From: Escherichia phage Ecwhy_1
Sequence record: MH791411.1
Length of the DNA stretch: 64,000 nt
Direction: 5' to 3' (one strand)
In this document: positions 45,518 to 55,633 of the stretch, one piece after another
Numbering within the stretch: the stretch's first letter is position 1
Layout: every line of letters starts with the position of its first letter
Notes under the pieces: model-generated
Told to the model about the DNA's origin: nothing
The model's database searches: none
What the model saw: only the letters and a program-made list of their open reading frames with translations
Made by a program: the position numbers and the translations under genes

Positions 45518-46861
45518 TTAGTTTTGTTTCACCCCACCCCATTTTTCATAGATGGCAATAATTTTATCTATGTTGTTTGGTGTAGTTGTTTCTGTATACC
45601 CATCCCCCACCTCTCTTTTAGTGAAGATTGGACAAAACTGCCTTTTACATTCATTTTCTGCGTTAGTACAATTTCCAACACTTGGAAAGCGATACGAATA
45701 CATTGGTTTTATATCAAAAATACTATTCAAATTTTGTTTTGAAACTCGATTGCCCTTTACTGTTTCTTTTCCATATTTCACACCAACACATACCCCGCTG
45801 TCCATTATTACATGAATATATGTATATGTTGCACACTTTCCGGCATCATATGGGTTACCTTGATGTTTATCTAAAAAGTTCGTTATAGATGTTTTATATG
45901 GTAAATTATTACTACTCCCCATCAACATTATGTTAGTTTTCTGATTTGGTTTTTCTGGATTGTGTTCAAACCCTATAAATTTATCATTTGAATTACGAAA
46001 TTCTAATTCCTTTTTTATACGATATACATACTGTGATTTAGTCCAGTGGAAATTAGTTGAACACCTACACGGTATAATATGTGCAGATGATAAATCATTT
46101 AGTGTTGCGTAGAATACACCATCACATACACCAGCTTGTACATATTCATCATAACTACACTTCGCACACACAAATTTGTATAAACGATAATTTCCCCTCA
46201 TCTTTTCTGATGGTTGAATTGTAAATTCATTAGTTAAATGACCATTATTATTAATTTTATCTATATGATATTGTAGTGGTTTAGAGTTAGTTTTAGTTAT
46301 TGACTCTTTTTTACATTTCATACAACCAAATGTTTTATTTTTTGATGTTAACGTATTAATATTAGAAATCGAACAAAACACATTATGTTTGTTACAATAA
46401 ATTAGTATCTCAGTGTTGGTAGCATTAATTTTATCATAAGAACCAAGACCCAATAATGTATATATCCCACCACTGAATTTTTTGAATTGTTCAATAATAG
46501 TCATAATATGTTGTGTATTTGTTTTCTTTGTCCACTTTGTTGCAGATTTCTTTTTAGTAATATGTATGGAGTTTATTCCCAATCCATATATTAAACCATT
46601 CGGGACATCATATTTTTTAAGATAGTGTTTACTATTATTGTAAATGAAATATCCCAAAATCGAGTTATCATTATTGGAAAAATCATCTTGGGGTAATTTA
46701 TTAAAATCCATATGGTTGAAATCTTTTGTTGGATGGCGTTCTGATAAAATAATACGAGTTATTTTATCAGAATCGACCATTTTTGAACAAATTGTAATTC
46801 TAACATCTTGTATGAAATTCAATTTGGTACATTTAAAAGGTACTTTAATATCAACACGCAT
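45518..46861 (-). CDS. hypothetical Cys-rich protein (447 aa)
   Basis: ORF; SD AAGGAG; several C-x2-C pairs (CMKCKK, CAKCS). Confidence 0.6.
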   Translation of the reverse strand: MRVDIKVPFKCTKLNFIQDVRITICSKMVDSDKITRIILSERHPTKDFNHMDFNKLPQDDFSNNDNSILGYFIYNNSKHYLKKYDVPNGLIYGLGINSIHITKKKSATKWTKKTNTQHIMTIIEQFKKFSGGIYTLLGLGSYDKINATNTEILIYCNKHNVFCSISNINTLTSKNKTFGCMKCKKESITKTNSKPLQYHIDKINNNGHLTNEFTIQPSEKMRGNYRLYKFVCAKCSYDEYVQAGVCDGVFYATLNDLSSAHIIPCRCSTNFHWTKSQYVYRIKKELEFRNSNDKFIGFEHNPEKPNQKTNIMLMGSSNNLPYKTSITNFLDKHQGNPYDAGKCATYTYIHVIMDSGVCVGVKYGKETVKGNRVSKQNLNSIFDIKPMYSYRFPSVGNCTNAENECKRQFCPIFTKREVGDGYTETTTPNNIDKIIAIYEKWGGVKQN

Positions 46862-47090
46862 TACTTAAAACTCCTTTCCAGTACTGAACCCGTCCAGCAC
46901 CATTAATCTTAGCTTGAATCTTATCTTTTTCGACAAGACCTTCTTTGTAATCGATGGAAGTATTATCGCACTGAATTACATCTAAGTCAAGTACTTCTTG
47001 TGTACTTAATGAAGTATTGTCTGCAATTTGTTGTAATGTAATGATATCAGTACCGAAGAATTCTGCTAAACGTATAAAAGATAGTTTCAT
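46851..47090 (-). CDS. hypothetical protein (79 aa)
   Basis: ORF; SD AGAGGCAATAC. Confidence 0.55.
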   Translation of the reverse strand: MKLSFIRLAEFFGTDIITLQQIADNTSLSTQEVLDLDVIQCDNTSIDYKEGLVEKDKIQAKINGAGRVQYWKGVLSNAC

Positions 47091-47210
47091 GTATTGCCTC
47101 TTGAGATGATGAAATAATTATAGCAAAAAGGGCTGACCTAAGTCAACCCTGTTTTAAAGTTTTTTTAATATGTTGATAACGACGGTATGTATTCACCATC
47201 TGTCATCATT

Positions 47211-47948
47211 TCACACGATATCCCCATATGGTTTAATTGTTTTTAGACACCAAGGAATAGGAATCCCATATTCAGAACCCCATAAATCTGAATAAGAATT
47301 ATAGAGTTCACCAAGTTCTTTCATCTGTTCATAGTTGTTCAACAACTGATATTGAAAGTCTAAGCCTTCATCCCCAACTGGTACAAACTTATTACCAAGT
47401 AGGTTATTTTTTACTTTACCTATATGTATGCCATGTGTCGCATCAGATATCGTCCCATCACTTTCTAACCAAAACGATCCATCATATGATCCACTACCTC
47501 TACGAATATAAATTCTTTCTCCATATGGAACAATAGCTGGAGTTGTCATATCATGCAATGCATTATTGTACTTATTATCTTTATCAAAAGTATTAATACT
47601 ACCTTCAGAAAAAGATTTATTATTAGAAAGAATAAAGTATGCCATATCATTTATTAATTGTGATGGAACCCATCCATGCGAATCACCATCAGAACCTACG
47701 TTGTAATAAGTAATTTCGTTTCCTAATTTATCAACTGTAATATCAATATCATATACAGGAAATGACCCACTATAACGTTCATAACCATGAGCATCGAATG
47801 TTAAATATCCATTATTATCTAATATCATACTATAAGTACTATTATTAATAACAATAGTAAGTTCTTTTTGTTTTCCACATTTTAAGGTAGTTCGCGAATA
47901 AGTTAATTCATAATATGTTTTGTATAAGTAATGTTCTTCTATCAACAT
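47211..47948 (-). CDS. hypothetical protein (245 aa)
   Basis: ORF; SD AAGGATATTTAA. Confidence 0.6.
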   Translation of the reverse strand: MLIEEHYLYKTYYELTYSRTTLKCGKQKELTIVINNSTYSMILDNNGYLTFDAHGYERYSGSFPVYDIDITVDKLGNEITYYNVGSDGDSHGWVPSQLINDMAYFILSNNKSFSEGSINTFDKDNKYNNALHDMTTPAIVPYGERIYIRRGSGSYDGSFWLESDGTISDATHGIHIGKVKNNLLGNKFVPVGDEGLDFQYQLLNNYEQMKELGELYNSYSDLWGSEYGIPIPWCLKTIKPYGDIV

Positions 47949-48146
47949 TTAAATATCCTTGTTGGATAATCATAACGTTAGTTCGTTAATGATTATTATA
48001 TAAAGGATGATAACTAACTATTTTTCAAGTTAATATATTCACCCCATAAATTATATATATTGTTTTCAACACAATCATCATCGCTTAATTCTATCATTGA
48101 CGATATAAGTACTGAATAGTTCATTACACATCTGTCACTACATCAA

Positions 48147-48341
48147 CTAATCCTCACTGAAAACAACAATAAGGAATGACACGAACAATGCCGCATAACA
48201 AGGAGCTATCTTCATGTACCACGGGACTTCATAATACCATGTACCCAATTCATCCCACGAAAAGAGTATACTCACACCGAAGCCGATTAGCGATAGTACA
48301 ATAAAAGAAATCCAGAAACGCTTTGAATATACTAATAACAT
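48147..48341 (-). CDS. small membrane protein (64 aa)
   Basis: Two hydrophobic segments; SD AAAGGAAC. Confidence 0.5.
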   Translation of the reverse strand: MLLVYSKRFWISFIVLSLIGFGVSILFSWDELGTWYYEVPWYMKIAPCYAALFVSFLIVVFSED

Positions 48342-48379
48342 GTTATGTTCCTTTGTGTGACCGAAGTTAACCCTTACCT

Positions 48380-48895
48380 TTAATAATTATTCATTTCATC
48401 TTTGATTTGTTCTTCAATTTCGTCGAACATATCAGTACTAGATTCTATATTACTACTTACGTCCTGCATATCTTTAACGTACTGTGGGCGTTCAACGTCA
48501 GTAAATTTATACCACATAGGCTTCATATGGAGCTTCTCAATCAAACGCTCACGAGACATTTTAATCTCTGACTCCGATGGTACGTAGTCATTACAAAACT
48601 CAGCAGGGAAGCCGCTAATGTCGTTTACTTCAGTGTTTTGAATCTTCATCCCACGACGCAAACATTCGTTAACAATATCAATATGACGCTTCTGTAAGTA
48701 CAATAACTTGTTGTAGAAGAATGTTACATGACCTGAACCTAACAGGTAAGTACTGTTAATTTTGAAATCACGGACTCGCTTACGTGCTTGAACATGTTTT
48801 TGTACAGCACCAAACACACGTGGGAGTTCACGATATTCAGCCATCAGATGTTGGTCAGCAAGTTCTTTAACGTGTACTAAGTTAATGCGTGTCAT
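48380..48895 (-). CDS. denV: pyrimidine dimer DNA glycosylase (T4 endonuclease V homolog), 171 aa
   Basis: N-terminal ~130 aa aligns from memory to T4 DenV ([42 protein letters not shown]); acidic C-terminal extension; SD GAGAGGATG. Confidence 0.85.
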   Translation of the reverse strand: MTRINLVHVKELADQHLMAEYRELPRVFGAVQKHVQARKRVRDFKINSTYLLGSGHVTFFYNKLLYLQKRHIDIVNECLRRGMKIQNTEVNDISGFPAEFCNDYVPSESEIKMSRERLIEKLHMKPMWYKFTDVERPQYVKDMQDVSSNIESSTDMFDEIEEQIKDEMNNY

Positions 48896-48936
48896 GTATT
48901 CATCCTCTCGTTTCGATGAAATGATTATAGCAAAAA

Positions 48937-48956
48937 GGGCTGACCGAAGTCAACCC
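48937..48956 (-). terminator. terminator hairpin carrying the -35 of the next promoter (example; 8 copies between 45491 and 60069)
   Basis: - strand GGGTTGACTTCGGTCAGCCC + TTTTTGCTATAAT: stem contains TTGACT, T-run runs into TATAAT. Confidence 0.55.
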
Positions 48957-49237
48957 GTTTTGAAAGGATTTTTTAATGGTTTTCGTACTGTATGTATTTT
49001 GCTTTGTAGTTCTTCTTCCCACAAAACATTTATATTATAAACTAAATCATTGTAGTCACTGTTCACAAAGATAAAATCATACTTCTCATTAAAAGTATGA
49101 GAAATCAATTGCATTTTCATAAGTATTATTGAACTTTTAAATTTATATGTTTCTTTTTCTTCTCCAGTTTTTGAACTTTGTATATTTTTTATAAATTCCA
49201 TGAATTCATCATTGGTCATTGTTTCAGCATCCAACAA
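48950..49237 (-). CDS. hypothetical protein (95 aa)
   Basis: ORF; weak SD. Confidence 0.45.
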   Translation of the reverse strand: MLDAETMTNDEFMEFIKNIQSSKTGEEKETYKFKSSIILMKMQLISHTFNEKYDFIFVNSDYNDLVYNINVLWEEELQSKIHTVRKPLKNPFKTG

Positions 49238-49496
49238 TACCCAACTTCACAATCTCATACCCATCCAAATATCCATATGAACACTCAGGCGTTTCATAAG
49301 ATGAACCATCATGGATGCCCTGGCATTGACTTTTGGAATTCTCAAGCAATCGTTGCAGTACTGATACGTCATCAAGAACGTAATACAAGTTAGCATATAG
49401 GTCCGTTACAATACAGTACTCCAACATGTCAAATGTATCAATCGAAATTTCAACCTTAGCAAATTGTTTCTTTTCTTTATTATACAGTGCGTACAT
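49224..49496 (-). CDS. hypothetical protein (90 aa)
   Basis: Trimmed to MYALYNK start with SD GGAG. Confidence 0.5.
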   Translation of the reverse strand: MYALYNKEKKQFAKVEISIDTFDMLEYCIVTDLYANLYYVLDDVSVLQRLLENSKSQCQGIHDGSSYETPECSYGYLDGYEIVKLGIVGC

Positions 49497-49497
49497 A

Positions 49498-49869
49498 TTA
49501 ATCTCCATAATCAAGTTTAACTAACTTACCACCCAGATACCCAAAGTTTTCTGGCTTCGCATCTGAATAGAAGAAGTCAGTACTCAACTCTGAATCCAAT
49601 GCTAAAGCACACAACTCCACCCAAAATAAACCCCTATGTTGTACTGGCTTACAACGTTTCTGTACAGTTACTAGTCCAGTACATGATGACCACAACGTAG
49701 GGCAGATACCACTATCACTACGCTTGGAGTACTGCATCCAAGAACGTTCATTGAGGTTAGCTATCATCCCTGTTAAGAATAGCTTCCAACTTTTAAAGGT
49801 TGGAATCTTGATAGCATATTCCCCAATGAGTATGACAGTTCGTGTTGCACCTTTCAAATCTATATTCAT
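49498..49869 (-). CDS. short kinase-like protein (123 aa)
   Basis: Motifs EYAIKIP (Lys), DAKPENFG (catalytic-loop-like), KLDYGD (DFG-like), ending right after DYG; no clear SD. Confidence 0.45.
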   Translation of the reverse strand: MNIDLKGATRTVILIGEYAIKIPTFKSWKLFLTGMIANLNERSWMQYSKRSDSGICPTLWSSCTGLVTVQKRCKPVQHRGLFWVELCALALDSELSTDFFYSDAKPENFGYLGGKLVKLDYGD

Positions 49870-49878
49870 ATTTTTTAA

Positions 49879-50130
49879 TTAGAAGAACACAAACCAAGTC
49901 CAGAATAAATTCCACACTACAAATAAAGACATAGTGGTTTTATGTACAATATCAGCAGTACTGGTCCATCCTCCACCGTGTCCTATTCCATTTATGAATA
50001 GAACTAAGAACAAGATACCATTTACTACAATAGTACATAGTAAGTACACAAACACATTCCATGCAAGTTCAGGGGATACTAACGTAAATGGTAAAACAAT
50101 TAGTAGTATTAGAACTAATAAAATTTTCAT
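49879..50130 (-). CDS. small membrane protein (83 aa)
   Basis: Hydrophobic N-terminus; SD GTGAGG. Confidence 0.55.
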   Translation of the reverse strand: MKILLVLILLIVLPFTLVSPELAWNVFVYLLCTIVVNGILFLVLFINGIGHGGGWTSTADIVHKTTMSLFVVWNLFWTWFVFF

Positions 50131-50158
50131 TTATCGCCTCACTTAATTAACGTGACAA

Positions 50159-50335
50159 TTAGTACGAATCAGATTCCCAGTACTCGATTGCTTCTTTCAG
50201 CAATTCTTTAGCACGTTGTTTTGCAATGCGAGCGGGTAACAGATATGTGTACATTAACTGACGCTTCACTTCATTCAGTGAAAGCTGTTCATGGTACAGT
50301 GCATCCATCAGTCGATTACGAGTACGTAGTTTCAT
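50159..50335 (-). CDS. hypothetical small protein (58 aa, not in track)
   Basis: SD AAGGATAAC; replaces overlapping + strand track ORF 50221-50424. Confidence 0.4.
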   Translation of the reverse strand: MKLRTRNRLMDALYHEQLSLNEVKRQLMYTYLLPARIAKQRAKELLKEAIEYWESDSY

Positions 50336-50346
50336 ATAAGTTATCC

Positions 50347-50901
50347 TTATTTCAAAGAATCATAGTAAGCAGTGTCAAAGATTGGAGTCATAATAACATA
50401 GTCAATACGGTCAATGTAAGTTGAACTCCACATTTCTGGTTTGTCATAAAATTGACGCTCGCGTTCATTCATACGAGTCAGTACTTCTTCCAATTTACTA
50501 CGTGAAGCCATCAATGTATTACGCGATCCATAAGTGAAGTACTCAGTCCATTGATATTCATATTCAGTACTGATAGATTGAATAGTACCATCTTTGAAAT
50601 GAGCTAAGGCATATCCTTTCTCTACAAAGTTATCAGGTGGAAGAACACTATCTGGATTAGTTTTCAATGCTTTGGTTAACTTTTCTTTAATTTCAGTTAA
50701 CGTGCATACTGAACGAATGTTCTTCAGGTTTGATACTTGAAAATCACTGTACTTTCCAAAGAAAAATACACGCCAATCTTTAGGTTCATTATCAGATACG
50801 GTAATATTCGGATGATGGGCGAGTAAACGAAGAAGGCCAGCTTTGTGACCGTTAATGTAGATCTCATGGATGTGGTTAGCAGTTTTCTTAAAAGTAATCA
50901 T
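50347..50901 (-). CDS. hypothetical protein (184 aa)
   Basis: ORF; SD GAGGAATTG; TTGACA-N17-TATAAT + hairpin GGGGATGAACTTCTCATCCCC. Confidence 0.65.
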   Translation of the reverse strand: MITFKKTANHIHEIYINGHKAGLLRLLAHHPNITVSDNEPKDWRVFFFGKYSDFQVSNLKNIRSVCTLTEIKEKLTKALKTNPDSVLPPDNFVEKGYALAHFKDGTIQSISTEYEYQWTEYFTYGSRNTLMASRSKLEEVLTRMNERERQFYDKPEMWSSTYIDRIDYVIMTPIFDTAYYDSLK

Positions 50902-50977
50902 GACAATTCCTCGATTGTGGGGATGAGAAGTTCATCCCCTTGATAAACATTATACAGTACTGAATGAGTTTGTCAAC

Positions 50978-51358
50978 TCAAAATAAATTCATTTCATGTG
51001 CGTATTGTGGTTCAAGATGCGATAAGTTTTTGAAGCTTTCTTTCAACTCAGCATCATCTACATACACCGTGCCTGGTACATTCCCCATAGTGAAACCTAC
51101 CCACACAGTCATGTCACCAGTCCCTAAGCGTGGCATTGATAGCGAACCATCAGGTGAAACATCAAACGCTACACTGAAGTCATCAGTAACAACGTCAGAA
51201 CCATTTTCGAGAATAATACATCCACTATCTTTAAGCTTCTGAATGTGGATAGCAGCCTCTACAGCACGTTTGAAGTTATAGTAAGACTCTTTATCCTCAA
51301 ACATTGATTGTTTAATCAGACGCTTGTTTAGCTCGGTTACTTTGTGCATTTGACGCAT
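50978..51358 (-). CDS. hypothetical protein (126 aa)
   Basis: ORF. Confidence 0.5.
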   Translation of the reverse strand: MRQMHKVTELNKRLIKQSMFEDKESYYNFKRAVEAAIHIQKLKDSGCIILENGSDVVTDDFSVAFDVSPDGSLSMPRLGTGDMTVWVGFTMGNVPGTVYVDDAELKESFKNLSHLEPQYAHEMNLF

Positions 51359-51615
51359 TACTTATCCATCTCCCACAGTTGTAGAATTTCATAAGAGCCT
51401 GGTGGTGCAGGATTCCTGATCTCAGGGAATTGAGTACTTTTAGGATTTCCACCAGCATTAAATTCGTCAAGTAATGATTCCAGTTCGCGACGATCCTGAA
51501 CAACATAAACACAATCACCTGAACCTTCTTCGAGAATCATTTCACTTCCTGCACAATCCCATACTATTGAGATACATAGAATCTCTTTTGTATTTTTATT
51601 ACGCAATGCAAACAT
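51358..51615 (-). CDS. hypothetical protein (85 aa)
   Basis: ORF; SD GGGGATTG; preferred over 51312-51518. Confidence 0.5.
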   Translation of the reverse strand: MFALRNKNTKEILCISIVWDCAGSEMILEEGSGDCVYVVQDRRELESLLDEFNAGGNPKSTQFPEIRNPAPPGSYEILQLWEMDK

Positions 51616-51624
51616 AGCAATCCC

Positions 51625-51993
51625 CTATCGATTTGGCATTTTATCTCGTAATTTCACAAGATAATCAATCACGGTACATCCTGAAATAAAGGTAATATAA
51701 GTACTGAAAAATCCTACCAGAATAAAGGCAACAAGCGTACTCCCATTTGGTTCTTCAGCTTTAATACCAATGATACCATCAGATGCAGTGAAAAATGTAG
51801 ACATAAACGTTAGACAGATGTACATCACTAATAAGAATTCATGTTCTAATGACGGATAAAAACGGTCAAAGAGTTTATAAAATTTAAAGTACAGTAGGAG
51901 TATACCAACAAAGGCATAGAAAGTAAACAGTGTTGTTATGATATATGATATTAAATTTAAATTATACATCTCAACGCTCCGGTAGATTATCAC
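51625..51993 (-). CDS. small polytopic membrane protein, second tandem cluster (122 aa)
   Basis: Hydrophobic helices; C-terminus KLRDKMPNR. Confidence 0.6.
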   Translation of the reverse strand: MIIYRSVEMYNLNLISYIITTLFTFYAFVGILLLYFKFYKLFDRFYPSLEHEFLLVMYICLTFMSTFFTASDGIIGIKAEEPNGSTLVAFILVGFFSTYITFISGCTVIDYLVKLRDKMPNR

Positions 51994-52318
51994 GTAATGT
52001 TTTGATTCGATTATACAATTTCATTGCTACATTTCCAAATAAACCAAAACCCATTACTAAAATGTATGCGATGAACATAGTAATAATCACAATAGTACCT
52101 AGACTGTAATGTACTGCACTAATACCCATTATTGTTTCTACAATGATGTGAGCAACAGAAATAATCAAAAGTACTACTACAATTGGATGATTTGGATACA
52201 TTCGGTTAAACAATGTTTTGTACTTAAAGAAGTACAGTACTCCACCAAATAAGAAGTACACAATGTAGATTGATGCAATAGCATAAGCAAAAGCATTAGT
52301 GTAGAAAATCATTATCAA
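51971..52318 (-). CDS. small polytopic membrane protein, second tandem cluster (115 aa)
   Basis: Hydrophobic helices; C-terminus TLRDNLPER. Confidence 0.6.
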   Translation of the reverse strand: MIMIFYTNAFAYAIASIYIVYFLFGGVLYFFKYKTLFNRMYPNHPIVVVLLIISVAHIIVETIMGISAVHYSLGTIVIITMFIAYILVMGFGLFGNVAMKLYNRIKTLRDNLPER

Positions 52319-52321
52319 TCC

Positions 52322-52660
52322 TTACTTTTCAGGGATTTTATCACGCCACTCATCAATACGATGAAGCAGTTTAAAGAGCAAAAATATCGGAACAGTAGCT
52401 ATCATAATGGCAATTGTTAGTAATGTCAACCCCGATACGAGATTTAATTCGTCAGTACTATATCCACATACCAGTGCTTCAATTATCCCCCACGTACATG
52501 CACAGAACATCATAAATGAAATGGGTGCATCGTAGTATATGCGTTGATACAAGGTTGTGTATCGGAAGAATGCAATAATGTAACAAAACATGTAATACAC
52601 CCAAATTAACGATACTACATAAAATGATACCTTATTAATTAATTCAAAATGTTGTTCCAT
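52322..52660 (-). CDS. small polytopic membrane protein, second tandem cluster (112 aa)
   Basis: Hydrophobic helices; C-terminus EWRDKIPEK. Confidence 0.6.
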   Translation of the reverse strand: MEQHFELINKVSFYVVSLIWVYYMFCYIIAFFRYTTLYQRIYYDAPISFMMFCACTWGIIEALVCGYSTDELNLVSGLTLLTIAIMIATVPIFLLFKLLHRIDEWRDKIPEK

Positions 52661-52670
52661 TTTTTTACCC

Positions 52671-52973
52671 CTACATATATTCTAAGAATAATGTATTAGC
52701 TTCGTCTATGTTCTTAAGATAATACATGTAATACAGATTTGGTTGTCCGTCTTTTGAACTCAAATCAAAGTACTTTAAACTATGCACCTTCATGACAAAA
52801 ACAAATAATGACTTAAAACCAATCTCACCGTACTTAATAAACAGTTCATCTAAATGAATGTAACTCTTAGTTTCAGATAATTCCTTCACATCAGCTTCAA
52901 TTTCTTGTAAGCGAAGTTTACCGATTAAGTTTTCAAATGAACGCATGATGTTGTTCCTTATGCTGGTACACAA
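52671..52973 (-). CDS. hypothetical protein (100 aa)
   Basis: ORF. Confidence 0.5.
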   Translation of the reverse strand: MCTSIRNNIMRSFENLIGKLRLQEIEADVKELSETKSYIHLDELFIKYGEIGFKSLFVFVMKVHSLKYFDLSSKDGQPNLYYMYYLKNIDEANTLFLEYM

Positions 52974-53371
52974 TTTTTTATAATGAATACACGTTTCATG
53001 AATGAACTTTCATATACGTACTTCAGTTTACCATTTTCACGCATACGATGAAACACATCTTTACCACTAGTACTCCATGTTGAACCAGTCTCTGCATCAA
53101 CATTGTTCATTACACCAGATGTTACGTTCACCCCGTACTTGAAGCTAAAGGTACTGCCTTCTTCTACTAGAGGGATTGGTGTACTACGTTCATGTTCCAG
53201 TACAAGTTTACTGCCGATGATGTTGTACGAAGTTAGCTTGCATTTTAAAACACCCATCTCTTGTGCAGTTGGGTAATTCTTCTCAAATAAATCAGATACT
53301 TCATTTGCATAACAAACTGAACTAATCATAAGAAGTAATGAACTGATAGAACGGAAAATAACTTTTAACAT
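52958..53371 (-). CDS. secreted protein (137 aa), predicted signal peptide
   Basis: N-terminus MLKVIFRSISSLLLMISSVCYA; SD GGAGGCAAAC. Confidence 0.6.
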   Translation of the reverse strand: MLKVIFRSISSLLLMISSVCYANEVSDLFEKNYPTAQEMGVLKCKLTSYNIIGSKLVLEHERSTPIPLVEEGSTFSFKYGVNVTSGVMNNVDAETGSTWSTSGKDVFHRMRENGKLKYVYESSFMKRVFIIKNCVPA

Positions 53372-53437
53372 GTTTGCCTCCAGTAGTTGATGAAATGATT
53401 ATAGCAAAAAGGGCCGACCGAAGTCAACCCTTTTCTT

Positions 53438-53788
53438 TTATATTTTACATGTCATGTCTGGTTTTGGCTTTTCATTCTTTGGCTTTTCAAATGGATTTGG
53501 CTTAGGGGACTTTTTATCTTTGTCATCTTTAGCTTTCTTTTTGTTTTCTTTTTTATCCGATTTGTCAGCTTTGTCTTTCTTATCTTTTGAATCTTTGTCA
53601 GCTTTAGATTGTGGTTCCTCACATACAGCAGTTTTTGGCTCCGGCATATCACATGAGTTATCCACAGGTTTAATGAACTCTTTACAGTTGTAGAAGTATA
53701 AACTTTCATTGGTAGTAAGATTGTGGAATCTAAAAGTATTTTCACCATTAGTATATACTTTCTTAGTACTCTCAATATCATTACACAT
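53438..53788 (-). CDS. hypothetical protein with Lys/Asp-rich low-complexity tail
   Basis: Track ORF begins at a GTG; first ATG used here; alternative frame 53452-53802 is also open. Confidence 0.35.
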   Translation of the reverse strand: MCNDIESTKKVYTNGENTFRFHNLTTNESLYFYNCKEFIKPVDNSCDMPEPKTAVCEEPQSKADKDSKDKKDKADKSDKKENKKKAKDDKDKKSPKPNPFEKPKNEKPKPDMTCKI

Positions 53789-53798
53789 TGCAACCGTG

Positions 53799-54050
53799 TC
53801 ACCGGAATTCACGCTCGATACCTAGTATATCCGACTTACGTTCAGATAGTATTCCAGACGTATATCGATCTTTGTTATCAAATGCATTGAACCCTATAGT
53901 TTTATAATTGTCATGTACCAATCCTCTAGTGTAAGACTTGGTATAGAACTCACCGTTTCTAAACTCCTGTCTAGCAATGGAGCACTGGTATTCAGTACTA
54001 TAAACTATATCAGTAAACAATACAAGTGAAAATAAAACATATTTAAACAT
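53799..54050 (-). CDS. secreted protein (83 aa), predicted signal peptide
   Basis: N-terminus MFKYVLFSLVLFTDIVYS; SD AGAGGTAATG. Confidence 0.55.
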   Translation of the reverse strand: MFKYVLFSLVLFTDIVYSTEYQCSIARQEFRNGEFYTKSYTRGLVHDNYKTIGFNAFDNKDRYTSGILSERKSDILGIEREFR

Positions 54051-54121
54051 TGCATTACCTCTTATAAAACCCTCTACAATATTTACAAAAAAAGGTTGAC
54101 CGAAGTCAACCTTTTAAATGT

Positions 54122-55633
54122 TTATTTTTTATCCTTTCCAACACCACGGTCGTACTCTTTGAATGAGTTATCAAGTGTAGTTAGTGCATACTCATATGCT
54201 TCTGGTGATTCAATGTCAACATCATCTGCACCATTTACTAAATCAGCCCAAGCCTTTTGAAGTTTACGAGCATTGTTACCAACATTATCTTTAATCCAAC
54301 TAATGTTTTTGTTGATACTTTTACTATCAGCACCTGCTTTTTTACCAATCTCGGATATCCACATCATTAGCTTTTGAAGTTCATGAATTGATTTATCGGT
54401 CATTTCAAGATGTTCTTCTTCCATACCTTCGGAATCAGATGAACCAACGTCAATTCCATGTTTAGCTAATAGTTTACCAAGTTCAAAGAATGCAGCTTCA
54501 GCAGGGAAGTCATAACCTTTGTCTTTATAGTTATTCCATGCACTATCAAACTCGTCAACAAAACGGTTAGCATAATCTGGATTTTTAACTAATGCTTTAT
54601 ATACTGCCATTGCATGTTCAAAACCTTCTTTATCTGACCCAAACTCTTCCATCTCAGGACGATGAATGTATCCATCCATATCAACGGTATCAGGTAGATC
54701 TTCTTGCTCAGGCTCAACATCTTTCTGTTCAACTGCACCTTCTTCATCTTTACGTAGTAGATATCCATCAGGTGTCACTTTCTCACCATGTTCTGCTTCA
54801 TACTTTTTCATAGTGTTGAATGCAGCATCCATAGCTGTTACGAAGCGACTTTTCTCACCTTGTACATAAGATTTAAGTGCACTGTTAACTGCATCTGATA
54901 CGAGCTTAACCTTATCATCTTTACCTTCTAAACGGTTTTCAAGTTTAGCCAGTACATTCTTGACTTGCTGGGCATTAGCACGTTCTGCTTTACCAATACT
55001 ATCAAAAATTTTAAGAATACCATCAAGACTTGCTTCACCCTGTTCAGGTTCTTTGGAATCTTCTTTGTGTGTACCTTCAAGTGCACGCATGATAGTACTG
55101 AATACTTCAGTAGGTTCAGTGCTCTTATTACCTTTCATTGCATCAAGTACAGCTTGTGCTTTACCTTTGAGTTCTTCTTTAGGAACTGCCTGTAGTGCTT
55201 TGACAATACCCTGAATCAACTGTGGTTTGTTAGCAAAGATCTTACCTAAGTTATCAGATAACTCTTTAACAGGGTTAGCAGCTTTAGGAGCTTCTGGTTT
55301 TGGTTCTTCTTTAGGAACTGCTTGTTCTTTCTCAGCACGTTCCATATCAGCAAGGCGTTGTTTCTGTGTTGCGTTAAGAAGACCTAATGAGTTAACATAA
55401 CGTAGCTTTTCTAGCTCAGTCATGTTCTCAGTACTCTTAACTTCACCTGCTTCTGCGTTTGCCTTACCAGCTAAACCTGTCCCTTGATTACGTGAACCAC
55501 GTGACCCCTGTCCTGCTTGGTAGCTATTTTGACGACGATTGCGTTCACTCCATTTATCAGAGTGACCTGCCATGTTCCCGCCATTTTTATCAGTAAATTG
55601 ACCTGGCATTTGATTTCTCTCCATAGATTTCAT
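54122..55633 (-). CDS. hypothetical protein (about 500 aa), G/N/Q/R-rich N-terminus
   Basis: ORF (start may be ATG at 55609 with SD GGAGAG); shares motif with 56481-56864. Confidence 0.65.
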   Translation of the reverse strand: MKSMERNQMPGQFTDKNGGNMAGHSDKWSERNRRQNSYQAGQGSRGSRNQGTGLAGKANAEAGEVKSTENMTELEKLRYVNSLGLLNATQKQRLADMERAEKEQAVPKEEPKPEAPKAANPVKELSDNLGKIFANKPQLIQGIVKALQAVPKEELKGKAQAVLDAMKGNKSTEPTEVFSTIMRALEGTHKEDSKEPEQGEASLDGILKIFDSIGKAERANAQQVKNVLAKLENRLEGKDDKVKLVSDAVNSALKSYVQGEKSRFVTAMDAAFNTMKKYEAEHGEKVTPDGYLLRKDEEGAVEQKDVEPEQEDLPDTVDMDGYIHRPEMEEFGSDKEGFEHAMAVYKALVKNPDYANRFVDEFDSAWNNYKDKGYDFPAEAAFFELGKLLAKHGIDVGSSDSEGMEEEHLEMTDKSIHELQKLMMWISEIGKKAGADSKSINKNISWIKDNVGNNARKLQKAWADLVNGADDVDIESPEAYEYALTTLDNSFKEYDRGVGKDKK

